Positions 32,188 through 41,847 of a stretch of 64,000 nucleotides of DNA are shown here, piece by piece; the stretch's first letter is position 1, and every line of letters starts with the position of its first letter. This DNA comes from a virus: positions 1-64,000 of the IMG/VR virus record IMGVR_UViG_3300017917_002441, one strand, 5' to 3'. Made by a program: the position numbers and the translations under genes. The notes below the pieces were generated by a model. That model was not told the DNA's origin, did no database searches, and was given only the letters and a program-made list of their open reading frames with translations.

Positions 32188-32991
32188 ATGATCATTGACA
32201 CCACACTGTTTAACGACGAGTTCCACATGTTGGACATACGCATTGCGCTGACCAAGAGCTGGGTAGATCGCTGGGTAATATGTGAAGGCAACCGCACCAT
32301 GAGTGGTAAACCCAAGCCCTATCATCTCAGCAACAACCTTGAACGCTACGCATATCTTGGCAATCGTTTGCGTGTGATCAAGTTGGATATTCCTGAGTCA
32401 TGGAGTAACTGGGACATTGAAAACGGACAACGTGCAGCCTTGCTACCAGGGTATCAAGATGTCGATGACAACGACATTGTGATGCACAGTGATTTGGATG
32501 AAATATTGAACCCCGAGTTAGTGCCAGAAATACTGGCCGAAGTTGAACAGCAAGATCGACCCATAAGTTGCGGCTTGGACATGTACATTTACCGCTTTGA
32601 TCAAAAATTAGATCGTAGCTGGGCTGGCAATGTTGTAGCCAAAAAACGCCACTTTGATGATCCTTGTCATTTGTACAAAGGATTGCAAGCCGGTGTTGGT
32701 CATGCACAAAAACGCAAAGATCGCAGTCATTGCGGTGCGTACAAGAAGTCAGCAGGCTGGCACTGGGGCTGGATGGGCAGTGATGATGTCATCAAAAACA
32801 AAATAGTCAGTTGCATTGAAAGCCAAAACAAAGACACTGAACAGACACTGAGTTACTTCCGTAACATTGACTTTGGTAACGCTATCAACCACAAATGTGT
32901 GACACATTATGTAGCAGACCCTGGCTACCCAGCCGAAGTCAACGCAGTGTTGCGTCAATACCCATTCTGGACCAATGGAAACCAAGGCTGA
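32188..32991 (+). CDS. GT17-like N-acetylglucosaminyltransferase
   Basis: FNDE..ML.IR, ICEGN.T.SG.PKP, E..QR, SDLDEI and GWH. Confidence 0.8.
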   Translation: MIIDTTLFNDEFHMLDIRIALTKSWVDRWVICEGNRTMSGKPKPYHLSNNLERYAYLGNRLRVIKLDIPESWSNWDIENGQRAALLPGYQDVDDNDIVMHSDLDEILNPELVPEILAEVEQQDRPISCGLDMYIYRFDQKLDRSWAGNVVAKKRHFDDPCHLYKGLQAGVGHAQKRKDRSHCGAYKKSAGWHWGWMGSDDVIKNKIVSCIESQNKDTEQTLSYFRNIDFGNAINHKCVTHYVADPGYPAEVNAVLRQYPFWTNGNQG

Positions 32992-33763
32992 AAAACGAGC
33001 ACGTAAAGAGCGTGAACGTCAAGCTCTGCAGCCTGTGTCAGACACGTATCATCCACCAGTAGACGTTGCCTGTGTAATACACAGCAAAGGTTACGACTGG
33101 CGCTATGTAGAGAATCTTTACAACATGTGCCGCAGACACTTGAGTGGCGAGTTACGTTTTCATGTTTACACCGAACACGATCGCAGTGTTCCTCCACACA
33201 TGATCAAACATTGCTTGACAGAGTGGGATGGCATTGCTGGTCCCAAACGCAGTTGGTGGTACAAACTACAGTTATTCAATCCCGAACATCACCGCGGAGA
33301 CTTGCTGTACTTTGACTTGGATGTAATGATCCTACACAACATTGACTGGATAGCACAGTGTCACAGTGATTACTTTTGGACCATACGAGACTTTCGTTAT
33401 TTGCAAAAGCCTTTTCACAATGGCATGAACAGCAGTGTTATGAAATTCAACGTGTCACGATTCAGCTATGTGTGGGACGAATTTTCACGACGTGATGCCA
33501 CGGAAGCAGTGCGTGGTTATCAAGGTGATCAAGACTTTTTGCAAGTCACTGTAAGACCGGAGCAACGAAGATTCCTAGAAGACCAGCGTTTCCAAAGTTG
33601 GCGTTGGCAAGTGGCCGATGGAGGCTACGACTTCTCACGACGTAGAGCACACAATCCAGGATCTGGCGCACAAGTCAGCCCTACTGCTGATGTAGTGATT
33701 TTTCACGGCCACCCAAAACCACACCAAGTAACAGATAAGTTAGTGACTGCCAACTGGTGCTGA
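32975..33763 (+). CDS. GT-A glycosyltransferase
   Basis: WW.KL.LF, YFDLDV, NSSVM, GDQ.F and FHG.PKP. Confidence 0.75.
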   Translation: METKAEKRARKERERQALQPVSDTYHPPVDVACVIHSKGYDWRYVENLYNMCRRHLSGELRFHVYTEHDRSVPPHMIKHCLTEWDGIAGPKRSWWYKLQLFNPEHHRGDLLYFDLDVMILHNIDWIAQCHSDYFWTIRDFRYLQKPFHNGMNSSVMKFNVSRFSYVWDEFSRRDATEAVRGYQGDQDFLQVTVRPEQRRFLEDQRFQSWRWQVADGGYDFSRRRAHNPGSGAQVSPTADVVIFHGHPKPHQVTDKLVTANWC

Positions 33764-33770
33764 GCCACGG

Positions 33771-33799
33771 TTGACAACAAATTCAGCCGACGCTATAAT
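33771..33799 (+). promoter_or_regulatory. Consensus sigma70 early promoter
   Basis: TTGACA-N17-TATAAT. Confidence 0.9.
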
Positions 33800-33805
33800 C
33801 AGGCT

Positions 33806-34072
33806 ATGAAAATTGTTAAGTTAAACCGCAGATTTAAGATGTTCAGAGAGCACGGGCACACGGTGGCTCTGCGGTTCAACGGTTGGAGCAAACAGATATC
33901 ACCTTACGAAAAGGTATGCCGCGAACGGTTGGGCAGTGAATACAAAAACTTCAGCTGGTCTAGCCATTTTGGAACCAGGAACGGTCGCACTGATATTCGC
34001 CCATACTGGATCACATTCCGCAACGAAGCAGATCTTACTTTAGTACTACTTTCTGCTGGCTTGACCAAATAA
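33806..34072 (+). CDS. Early hypothetical protein
   Basis: ATG 6 nt after the -10 box. Confidence 0.7.
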   Translation: MKIVKLNRRFKMFREHGHTVALRFNGWSKQISPYEKVCRERLGSEYKNFSWSSHFGTRNGRTDIRPYWITFRNEADLTLVLLSAGLTK

Positions 34073-34089
34073 CCTAATTCTGGTATAAT
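34061..34089 (+). promoter_or_regulatory. Sigma70 early promoter
   Basis: TTGACC-N17-TATAAT with extended TG. Confidence 0.85.
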
Positions 34090-34121
34090 AACAACATAGC
34101 GTAAACAAACAGGAGCCAACA

Positions 34122-34394
34122 ATGGGTTACATTCTCTACTTTAAGAAGGAACTGGGCACTCCCCACAAACTGAAATGGTACGCAAGTCTCAAGGGCGCGA
34201 AGATTGGTTTGAAAGCGGCGAACAGGAACGCCGGCCGCGAAAGCTACGCGATAATGGAAGAAAACGAGTTCGATACAACCTACAACGGTTGGACGACTAC
34301 GAAGAGTTTGATGACTGGGGAGACGATTGCAATACGGGCGCAAGACGTAGGAACATGCGTAGACCCCGGGACTGAACGTTACTGGAGCATGTAA
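34122..34394 (+). CDS. Early hypothetical protein
   Basis: AGGAG RBS; ends CVDPGTERYWSM. Confidence 0.75.
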   Translation: MGYILYFKKELGTPHKLKWYASLKGAKIGLKAANRNAGRESYAIMEENEFDTTYNGWTTTKSLMTGETIAIRAQDVGTCVDPGTERYWSM

Positions 34395-34424
34395 AGTGTT
34401 GTTTTTTGGCAACATTTTGGGCGG

Positions 34425-34453
34425 TTGACCAAAATATCAGGGTTTGCTATAAT
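34425..34453 (+). promoter_or_regulatory. Sigma70 early promoter
   Basis: TTGACC-N17-TATAAT with extended TG. Confidence 0.85.
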
Positions 34454-34476
34454 AGAGCTATAGTAAAAAGGAGCAT

Positions 34477-34614
34477 ATGAAGTACACCCTGATTACCCGT
34501 AATGGAAAAGTTTACACTTTTTTCATTGAAGCAGTGGCCCAGCAGTTTCAGCAAGCTTATGGCGGTGTTGTTTTTACACAACAGGTGCTGGATGCTGTGG
34601 TGGTTGACCAATAA
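34477..34614 (+). CDS. Small 45-aa early protein (MKYTLITRNG...), absent from the ORF track
   Basis: AAGGAG RBS and its own promoter. Confidence 0.7.
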   Translation: MKYTLITRNGKVYTFFIEAVAQQFQQAYGGVVFTQQVLDAVVVDQ

Positions 34615-34632
34615 TCCCAGATTTGCTATAAT
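34604..34632 (+). promoter_or_regulatory. Sigma70 early promoter
   Basis: TTGACC-N17-TATAAT with extended TG. Confidence 0.85.
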
Positions 34633-34676
34633 AGAACTATAAACAGTAAACAAACAACCTTTTGTAGGAGCCAACA

Positions 34677-35708
34677 ATGAGTACAATTCGTATTTGGAAT
34701 GGTGTGTATCGCAACAAGCCGGTACAAAATGTAGAGTTCAAGTTAGTCAAAGGTTACCAAACTGGTGCCAAGGGCGGCTTTGTAACTGTAGACAGCGAGG
34801 GCTACTTTGGCCCGGAGTTCACTGTTGTACGCATTCGCGTCAACGACATCAAGGATTTTGAATATACCGCAAGGGAGCCCATGCAAGACAACACTGTACA
34901 TTTTGAAAAGCCCGCAGCCAAGCCTGTGGAAACTGACGAAGAAGTCATTACTCGCATTCGCGAGCGTTTTGATATCCTGCACGAAATGACCAAGGCCTGT
35001 GTCAACGGTGACATCCGTGCTATGATTGTGTCTGGCCCTCCCGGGGTAGGCAAGAGTTTTGGTGTTGAGCAAGAGATTGAAAAAGTGCAGATGATGCAGA
35101 TGCTGGGTCAGAAGCGACTCCGCGCTGAGGTTGTCAAGGGCTCAGCTACCCCAATTGGCCTGTACCAAACTCTGTACAAATACTCAGATCCCAACTGTGT
35201 GATTGTGTTTGACGACTGTGACAGCATTCTGGTGGACGACGTTGCACTGAACTTGCTGAAAGGTGCATTGGACTCAGGTAAGAAGCGTAAGATTTCGTGG
35301 TTGTCAGAGTCCAGTACTCTGCGTCGTGAAGGCATTCCTGACAGCTTTGAGTTCAAGGGCTCGGTAATTTTTATTACCAACCTCAAGTTTGATCAAATGA
35401 AGTCGCAAAAGCTTCGCGATCACTTGGATGCACTGCAATCGCGCTGTCACTATCTTGACTTGACATTGGATACCATGCGTGACAAGATTTTGCGTATCAA
35501 GCAAATTGCCAAGGATGGTGTGTTGTTTGCAGACTACGACTTTGAGCCTTGTGTACAAGACGAGCTTATTGACTTCATGGCTGAGAACCAAACTCGCATG
35601 CGTGAGATGAGCTTGCGTATGGCAATCAAGATTGCTGACTTGCGCAAGAGCTTTCCCAACAACTGGAAACGCATGGCAGAAACAACTTGCATGAAGGCTC
35701 CGGCCTAA
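34677..35708 (+). CDS. AAA+ ATPase
   Basis: GPPGVGKS, VFDDCD, FITN sensor and ALQSR arginine finger. Confidence 0.88.
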   Translation: MSTIRIWNGVYRNKPVQNVEFKLVKGYQTGAKGGFVTVDSEGYFGPEFTVVRIRVNDIKDFEYTAREPMQDNTVHFEKPAAKPVETDEEVITRIRERFDILHEMTKACVNGDIRAMIVSGPPGVGKSFGVEQEIEKVQMMQMLGQKRLRAEVVKGSATPIGLYQTLYKYSDPNCVIVFDDCDSILVDDVALNLLKGALDSGKKRKISWLSESSTLRREGIPDSFEFKGSVIFITNLKFDQMKSQKLRDHLDALQSRCHYLDLTLDTMRDKILRIKQIAKDGVLFADYDFEPCVQDELIDFMAENQTRMREMSLRMAIKIADLRKSFPNNWKRMAETTCMKAPA

Positions 35709-35720
35709 CAAGGTTTTAAC

Positions 35721-35933
35721 ATGAACAAACGAATTAAAGAACTTGCTGAACAGGCTGGTTATTCAAAAGATTTTTTAGCAATTGGATTACCAAATAATAT
35801 GGAAAAGTTCGCCGAGTTGATTGTAGAGGAATGCGGAGAAGTAGCATATAAAGCGTATTGGGACAATCCCGAAACAGTTAGAGGTATACACATTAAAGAA
35901 AAGATTAAGAAACATTTTGGGGTTGAAGAATGA
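35721..35933 (+). CDS. Hypothetical protein
   Basis: MNKRIKELAEQAG..EKFAELIV small phage protein. Confidence 0.7.
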   Translation: MNKRIKELAEQAGYSKDFLAIGLPNNMEKFAELIVEECGEVAYKAYWDNPETVRGIHIKEKIKKHFGVEE

Positions 35934-36184
35934 AGCAACGTGGGTTTACACTTATCGAAACGATGATTGCTTTTGTGTTCATCGGTATTATTTTTACTAT
36001 TTTAGTTAATGCCGTGGGCTTTGCTTCTGGTAATAGTTCAGTTAGCTTTGGCATCAACGGAATGACCGAAAGCCGTTGCATTGAAGGTTACAAGTTTGTT
36101 ATCAATCAAGATGGGCACACTCGTCAAATCCTTGATGAGTTTGGCAAAGGTGTTCGTTGTGAAACAGTGGCAGTGCCTCGCTAA
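35930..36184 (+). CDS. Prepilin-type N-terminal methylation domain protein
   Basis: MKQRG-FTLIE followed by a hydrophobic helix; two C-terminal Cys. Confidence 0.85.
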   Translation: MKQRGFTLIETMIAFVFIGIIFTILVNAVGFASGNSSVSFGINGMTESRCIEGYKFVINQDGHTRQILDEFGKGVRCETVAVPR

Positions 36185-36194
36185 GGAGATATAG

Positions 36195-36713
36195 ATGATT
36201 ACCCTTAAAGAATTTCTTGAAGTTGTAGACTACCGAATCACCGAAGGCAGTGACTTTGGCTGGCAATGTTTTGGTCCCAAGGTACATACACTGAGTGCTT
36301 GGAACGGTGGTCATGACGGGTGGAGTTTCAATGTAACTTTCAGCACTGAAGACCAAACTGTGTTTGTAGCCGAATCCTGTGACTACAAAAATGGTCGTGC
36401 ATATAGATTGCTCAATCCTGATCACAAAGACGCATACTTGGCCGAAGCAGAAGAACACAAGCCCTATGGTAATCAAGCATGGGATGGCGTGGACTACATC
36501 GATCTTGAAGTTGACGATGACTGGATTCAAAAAGCGTTGGACATCAAATTGGGTGTGACATATGATACTCGGGTGCAAGTGCCGCTGATTCTGCCAGATG
36601 ATGAAGTGTTTGAGTTGATGAAAATTGCACACCAGCGTGATATTACTTTAAATAGGTTGGTAGAAGAAATGCTTGAGCAGTACATTGCCCAACACACCAG
36701 CAAGTTGGATTAA
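36195..36713 (+). CDS. Hypothetical protein with possible C-terminal ribbon-helix-helix
   Basis: AAGGAG RBS; LMKIAHQRDITLNRLVEEML. Confidence 0.65.
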   Translation: MITLKEFLEVVDYRITEGSDFGWQCFGPKVHTLSAWNGGHDGWSFNVTFSTEDQTVFVAESCDYKNGRAYRLLNPDHKDAYLAEAEEHKPYGNQAWDGVDYIDLEVDDDWIQKALDIKLGVTYDTRVQVPLILPDDEVFELMKIAHQRDITLNRLVEEMLEQYIAQHTSKLD

Positions 36714-36755
36714 GTTTACCCCCTAGGCTTGGTTGGCTCCGGCCCAGGGTTTTAC

Positions 36756-36787
36756 ACAGGTGCTAAGAAATTGGCACCTGTTTTTTT
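36756..36787 (+). terminator. Intrinsic terminator
   Basis: ACAGGTGC..GCACCTGT stem followed by a T run. Confidence 0.8.
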
Positions 36788-36828
36788 GACTTTGCAGAAC
36801 GCAGGTGTTATTATAGAATACATACACT

Positions 36829-38289
36829 ATGAAAACTGCAACCATTATTATTCGTGACGAAGTCAATATCAAGATCGAAGGCCTGGATCTTGATGCACGG
36901 CGAGCCCTTGTCAACAAATTCAAATACGATGTGCCTTATGCACGTTACCTACCAGCAGTGAGACTGGGACGGTGGGACGGCAAGGTCAGCTACTTCCAAT
37001 TGGGCGGAAGCACTTACACAAGTCTACTGCCAGAGATTGTGCCCATACTTGAGGGCTTGAACTATGATCTTGAGCTAGATGACCAACGTGACTACAGCAC
37101 ATACTTTGAGTTCAAACAAGTAAACGAGGACAGCTACAGTCACATCATGTGGCCCAAAGGTCACCCCATGGCTGGTCAGCCCATGAGCTTGCGTGACTAT
37201 CAAGTTGAGATCGTCAACAACTTTCTAGACAACCCACAGTGCATTCAAGAAGTGGCCACAGGTGCAGGTAAGACTGTTATGACTGCGGCTTTAAGTGATG
37301 CTGTTACACCTTATGGTCGTAGCATTGTGATTGTGCCCAACAAGAGTCTTGTTACACAAACAGAAAAAGACTATGTGAACATGCAGTTGGATGTGGGTGT
37401 GTACTTTGGTGATCGCAAAGAGTGGGGTCGCCAACACACAATTTGCACATGGCAAAGCTTGAACGTACTGCTAAAGAATACCAAAGCCGGAGTAGGGGAC
37501 TGCACCATTGGCGAGTTCCTAGAGGGAGTAGTATGTGTCATTGTTGACGAAGTACACATGGCCAAAGCTGATGCATTAAAAACATTGCTCACTGGCGTAA
37601 TGGCTAGAGTGCCTATTCGCTGGGGGTTGACTGGAACCATACCCAAGGAAGCATTTGAAAGTGTAGCACTCAAAGTCAGTCTTGGCCCTGTGGTGTCTAA
37701 GTTAGCAGCCAGTGACTTGCAAGAAAAGGGTGTGTTGGCACAGTGCCATGTGAACATTGTGCAGTTGGTTGACCATGCAGAGTTTACCAACTATCAAAGT
37801 GAATTGAAGTACTTATTAGAAGAACCTGACAGACTGCAAGCCATTGCAGGACTGATACAGCAAGTAAAAGAAACTGGCAACACCTTAGTGTTGGTAGATA
37901 GGATCGCAGCCGGCACAGAGCTAGTTCGTTTGCTAGGTGATCGTGCAGTGTTTGTAAGTGGAGCCACCAAAGCAGGAGACAGACAAGATGAATACGACGA
38001 AGTTGCAAACGTGGATGATAAGATTATTGTGGCGACTTATGGTGTGGCCGCTGTGGGTATTAATATCCCTAGGATTTTTAATTTGGTTCTTGTGGAGCCC
38101 GGAAAAAGCTTTGTCCGCGTTATACAATCAATTGGGCGGGGCATTAGAAAAGCCGAAGACAAAGACCACGTTGAAATCTGGGATATCACATCCACGTGTA
38201 GATTTGCCAAACGCCACCTCACTAAGCGCAAAACGTTTTATAAGGAAGCCAATTATCCGTTTACGCAAGAAAAACTAGAGTGGAAGTAA
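36829..38289 (+). CDS. uvsW: SF2 DNA helicase
   Basis: LRDYQ, ATGAGKT, DEVH, GLTGT and QSIGRGIR. Confidence 0.9.
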   Translation: MKTATIIIRDEVNIKIEGLDLDARRALVNKFKYDVPYARYLPAVRLGRWDGKVSYFQLGGSTYTSLLPEIVPILEGLNYDLELDDQRDYSTYFEFKQVNEDSYSHIMWPKGHPMAGQPMSLRDYQVEIVNNFLDNPQCIQEVATGAGKTVMTAALSDAVTPYGRSIVIVPNKSLVTQTEKDYVNMQLDVGVYFGDRKEWGRQHTICTWQSLNVLLKNTKAGVGDCTIGEFLEGVVCVIVDEVHMAKADALKTLLTGVMARVPIRWGLTGTIPKEAFESVALKVSLGPVVSKLAASDLQEKGVLAQCHVNIVQLVDHAEFTNYQSELKYLLEEPDRLQAIAGLIQQVKETGNTLVLVDRIAAGTELVRLLGDRAVFVSGATKAGDRQDEYDEVANVDDKIIVATYGVAAVGINIPRIFNLVLVEPGKSFVRVIQSIGRGIRKAEDKDHVEIWDITSTCRFAKRHLTKRKTFYKEANYPFTQEKLEWK

Positions 38290-39021
38290 ATGAAGCGGCT
38301 GTATAGTATTGGCGATAGCTTTATGTCCACAGATGATCCTGACGATGGGATCATTGGTTTCTGTGAGTTGTATTGCCGTGAACGTGGGTTTGAGCATATT
38401 AGTCTAGCTCGTCCTGGTGCAACAGTGTTTGCTACTCGCTTGCAGATTGAACGTGCAATTGAGCAACAGGCTGACTTTGTTGTAGTAGGAATAACTTGCT
38501 CAGATCGCTTTGACTTGCCGTTGAATTTAGATGAACGTATTCCGCTGTATTCTCTGGACAATATTTTTTACAAAGGATACAGAGCACAAAGCGAACGTCA
38601 CGTGGATCAAACTGCAATTAAAATCATTAGTGACACGTTTAACAACTTATTAGAACGTAGATACGATCAAGATCGGCGCATCACTGATCAACAGTTACAA
38701 GCAATCAAGGCATACATTGCATACTTACACAATCCCAGCATCACAGTACAGCGGGACTATTATGTGATCAGTGACGGATTAAGAAAACTACAATCAGCTG
38801 GTATTGACTTTGTGTTGATACCTGGGTACATGGGTCAACATGATTGGAGTTGGGTCAAGCGTGTTTGGCCAGAAGATCAGCACGGGCCGTATCACATGAA
38901 GTATGGTCCTGATAATTGGGAAAATCCAATACGCTACACTGGTACACACAATCCTGCTTGGGCACATCAAGAGTTTTGCCAAACTCTATTAGACATAACA
39001 CCGGAGTGGATTAATGGGTAA
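38290..39021 (+). CDS. SGNH/GDSL-like protein
   Basis: IGDSF, SLARPG and C-terminal HN...H. Confidence 0.55.
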   Translation: MKRLYSIGDSFMSTDDPDDGIIGFCELYCRERGFEHISLARPGATVFATRLQIERAIEQQADFVVVGITCSDRFDLPLNLDERIPLYSLDNIFYKGYRAQSERHVDQTAIKIISDTFNNLLERRYDQDRRITDQQLQAIKAYIAYLHNPSITVQRDYYVISDGLRKLQSAGIDFVLIPGYMGQHDWSWVKRVWPEDQHGPYHMKYGPDNWENPIRYTGTHNPAWAHQEFCQTLLDITPEWING

Positions 39022-39586
39022 AATTTATCAACGACTTGAACAATACGTACTGCCGCAAGTGCAAGGCGTGTTTGTGGAAATAGGCAGTGATCGCGGAGAA
39101 GGTAGCACACATGCTCTAGATCAGTTGGCTGGATCTCGTGGCACACGACTGGTCACAGTGGATATATTGACCAACGCACAAAGAAATTTAGCCGCAGAAT
39201 TAAGCAATACAGATTTTGTTATAGCATCTGGCAGTGAGTGGGCTCGGCAGTACAATGGCCCGCCAATCTCTTGCTTGTACTTAGATAACTTTGATTACAT
39301 CTGGGACATCAACGAAAACCACAAGCCCACACAGATTCAAATGGCTGAATATGCTGACCGTGGCGAAACAATGACAAACCAAAACTGTCAAATTGAACAC
39401 ATGGCTCAAATGATAGCACTGTATCCTCACTTGGCAACGGATGCTGTGGTAATGTTTGACGACACTTATCAAATCAACGATTGTTGGATTGGTAAGTGTG
39501 GCCCTGCTGTGGTGTTTTTGCAAGCACAAGGCTGGAGCATAGTTGAGCGCACCTTGGATTGCGGTGTTATCTTGAAAAAGATTTGA
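39014..39586 (+). CDS. Methyltransferase-like protein
   Basis: VEIGS, TVDI, LYLD.FD and FDDT; resembles 31544. Confidence 0.6.
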   Translation: MGKIYQRLEQYVLPQVQGVFVEIGSDRGEGSTHALDQLAGSRGTRLVTVDILTNAQRNLAAELSNTDFVIASGSEWARQYNGPPISCLYLDNFDYIWDINENHKPTQIQMAEYADRGETMTNQNCQIEHMAQMIALYPHLATDAVVMFDDTYQINDCWIGKCGPAVVFLQAQGWSIVERTLDCGVILKKI

Positions 39587-39611
39587 CAGTAGCCAATAAA
39601 TTGTGTATAGT
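39583..39611 (+). promoter_or_regulatory. Sigma70 promoter
   Basis: TTGACA-N17-TATAGT. Confidence 0.75.
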
Positions 39612-39617
39612 ATAGAT

Positions 39618-40118
39618 ATGAGAATATTAACATTAGATAACCGTGCTTTTGATTTAGACCACCTGCCAGAAGAAGTAGATGACATGCGGTTTGCTATATT
39701 GGATAATTCAAATCCAACAGACCCTGACTATCATTTTATCCCACTGATCTTTTTGGAAAGTTTTAACGCACCAGCCTTGGTGTTGCGCATAGGCAAACAC
39801 ACATTGCGCATGCCCATGGACTGGCAAATTTTGATTGGCGAACCTGACATTGGTGACCTAGAAGTGTTGCCCTTGACATCAATCAATGATCGAGGATTCA
39901 ACGTATTCAAGTTCAACCCACTTACAAGTTTTAATCCCAGCTTTGCTGACATTGAAATTCTAGATGTGTATCATGAAGTCACGTGGTATAGTCCAAAGCT
40001 AAAGAATGGGCAAATGCTAGCAGTGCCGCTAAACGATGATCCTGAACCCGAATGTGTTTACTTTGTCAAAGACATTAGCCGCAACTGCGAGGTTGTGGAT
40101 TATAGCAAGGCTTGGTGA
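39618..40118 (+). CDS. Hypothetical protein
   Basis: ATG 6 nt after the -10 box. Confidence 0.7.
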   Translation: MRILTLDNRAFDLDHLPEEVDDMRFAILDNSNPTDPDYHFIPLIFLESFNAPALVLRIGKHTLRMPMDWQILIGEPDIGDLEVLPLTSINDRGFNVFKFNPLTSFNPSFADIEILDVYHEVTWYSPKLKNGQMLAVPLNDDPEPECVYFVKDISRNCEVVDYSKAW

Positions 40119-40119
40119 T

Positions 40120-40464
40120 ATGCAAATCAAATACAACGTACACGACATTGGTGGCGAAGTTGTTAAAGACAACGAAACCTATTTGCTCAAAGACAATACT
40201 ACTCTAAAAAATCTTGTACTGAGTTCAACAAAACTGTACCGTGGGCAACAAACTCGTGGGCACAGGCATGCTGGCCAAGAGGAAGTTTATATATTTGTTC
40301 AGGGCTATGGCAAAATGATTGTAGGCAACGAAACCGATGAGCCATTTGCTGTTAGCCCAGGTGACATTGTGCTAATCCCCGACGGAGCATTTCATCGTGT
40401 AATCAATGATGGCGAAATGAATCTTGTGTTTGACTGTGTGTTTCAAGGAAAAAGGAATCACTAA
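40120..40464 (+). CDS. Cupin domain protein
   Basis: GHRH..QEEVY..G; GD.VLIP.G.FH.V.N. Confidence 0.85.
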   Translation: MQIKYNVHDIGGEVVKDNETYLLKDNTTLKNLVLSSTKLYRGQQTRGHRHAGQEEVYIFVQGYGKMIVGNETDEPFAVSPGDIVLIPDGAFHRVINDGEMNLVFDCVFQGKRNH

Positions 40465-40745
40465 TGGGACAATTAAAGCCTGGCGCAACATATATCTATG
40501 AAAGAAACAACGGTGTTGTGTATGCACGTGAACACGGTGCTCGCCCAGAAGATAGGTTTGTTGTAGGATACGAATACAAAACTGATACTGATCCTATTCA
40601 AAAAGAAAAAAGCATTATGATGCACGAGGCACAATTGTGGAGTGACATTCGCGAAGCAGCCAAGTATAATGCTACACTACAAGATGCACTGGATCAAATG
40701 ATAGAAATTTACGAATTAGCCAAAGACTATGAGCGACAAACTTAA
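40464..40745 (+). CDS. Hypothetical protein
   Basis: Coupled ORF. Confidence 0.7.
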   Translation: MGQLKPGATYIYERNNGVVYAREHGARPEDRFVVGYEYKTDTDPIQKEKSIMMHEAQLWSDIREAAKYNATLQDALDQMIEIYELAKDYERQT

Positions 40746-41175
40746 CATCAAAAATGAAATGCGGCAGCTGGACCGCAAAAACAGAAACTTCTATAACGAG
40801 CTTACAGATGAGGAGCGCAAGAAGTTCAGTTTGTTTTTGATGATTCGTTGGGGGTCGGCTGTGGATAGCTCACGCGAGTTGCAAGAGTATTATGTACAGA
40901 GTTGCAATCACTATCTCAACAAACACTTTTTCAATATTAGTAAACATCCTAAACTGCAATGGCTGTGTGCCACAGCAGTGAGTCCTGGATTGGGCACACC
41001 CAACCATCCTTGGATTGCGCCAAAAAAGAAAGAGGCCGGTGCGTCAGCTCGTCGTAAACAACTACAAACAATATTTCCCACATACAAGGATGACGAAATT
41101 GATGTCATGATGAAAATTGTGTCAGACAAAGAGATCAAAGAATATCAACGTCAAGCAGGCCAAGATGACAAATGA
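40729..41175 (+). CDS. Probable clamp loader small subunit (gp62-like)
   Basis: Size and the FLMIRW.S..N..LQW..PWI..KK pattern resemble gp62. Confidence 0.5.
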   Translation: MSDKLNIKNEMRQLDRKNRNFYNELTDEERKKFSLFLMIRWGSAVDSSRELQEYYVQSCNHYLNKHFFNISKHPKLQWLCATAVSPGLGTPNHPWIAPKKKEAGASARRKQLQTIFPTYKDDEIDVMMKIVSDKEIKEYQRQAGQDDK

Positions 41176-41846
41176 CTTACCAGTGTCAATATTGTAAACG
41201 AGACTTTCAAAAAGAAAGCACACTCAGTGTGCATGTGTGCGAGCAAAAACGTCGCAGACAAGAGAAAGACGACCGCGGAGTACAGTTGGGATTCCAAGCC
41301 TATGTGCGTTTCTTTGAAATGACTCAGGGTTCGGCCAAGTTCAAAACATACGATGACTTTTGCGAAAGTCCTTACTACCGTGCGTTTGTGAAGTTTGGGC
41401 ACTATTGTTACAGCGTCAAAGTAATCAACCCCAAGCAGTTTCTAGAATGGTTGTTGCGGAACAACAAAAAGATTGATCGGTGGGCGTCGGATCAACTGTA
41501 CACAGAATATTTGTTGCACTATCTCAAGTTGGAAAATGTCGCAGATGCTATTGCACGTGCAATTGAGTTTGGTATTGACTGGGCAGAAAAGAACGAAGCC
41601 CAGCCCAATGATTGCTTACGTTACGGCAACGCCAATGCTATGTGTTACGCTATTACCACAGGGCGCATCAGTCCCTGGGTAGTATACAACTGCGAATCAG
41701 GACAGCGTTTTTTAAATGATCTTGACCAAGGTCAAATTGCAATGATATGGCCTTACATTGACAGTGACAGTTGGATGAAAAAGTTTTCAGACTACCCAGC
41801 AGATCAAGAGTGGGCCAAAGAAATGTTAAACAAAGCAGGATGGTAA
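41172..41846 (+). CDS. Protein with N-terminal classical-type zinc finger
   Basis: YQCQYCKRDFQKESTLSVHVC. Confidence 0.65.
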   Translation: MTYQCQYCKRDFQKESTLSVHVCEQKRRRQEKDDRGVQLGFQAYVRFFEMTQGSAKFKTYDDFCESPYYRAFVKFGHYCYSVKVINPKQFLEWLLRNNKKIDRWASDQLYTEYLLHYLKLENVADAIARAIEFGIDWAEKNEAQPNDCLRYGNANAMCYAITTGRISPWVVYNCESGQRFLNDLDQGQIAMIWPYIDSDSWMKKFSDYPADQEWAKEMLNKAGW

Positions 41847-41847
41847 T

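Noticed and set aside
39618-40118. Stand-alone Hint domain
   Set aside because: Only a vague beta-rich resemblance; no N-terminal Cys/Ser or terminal HN.
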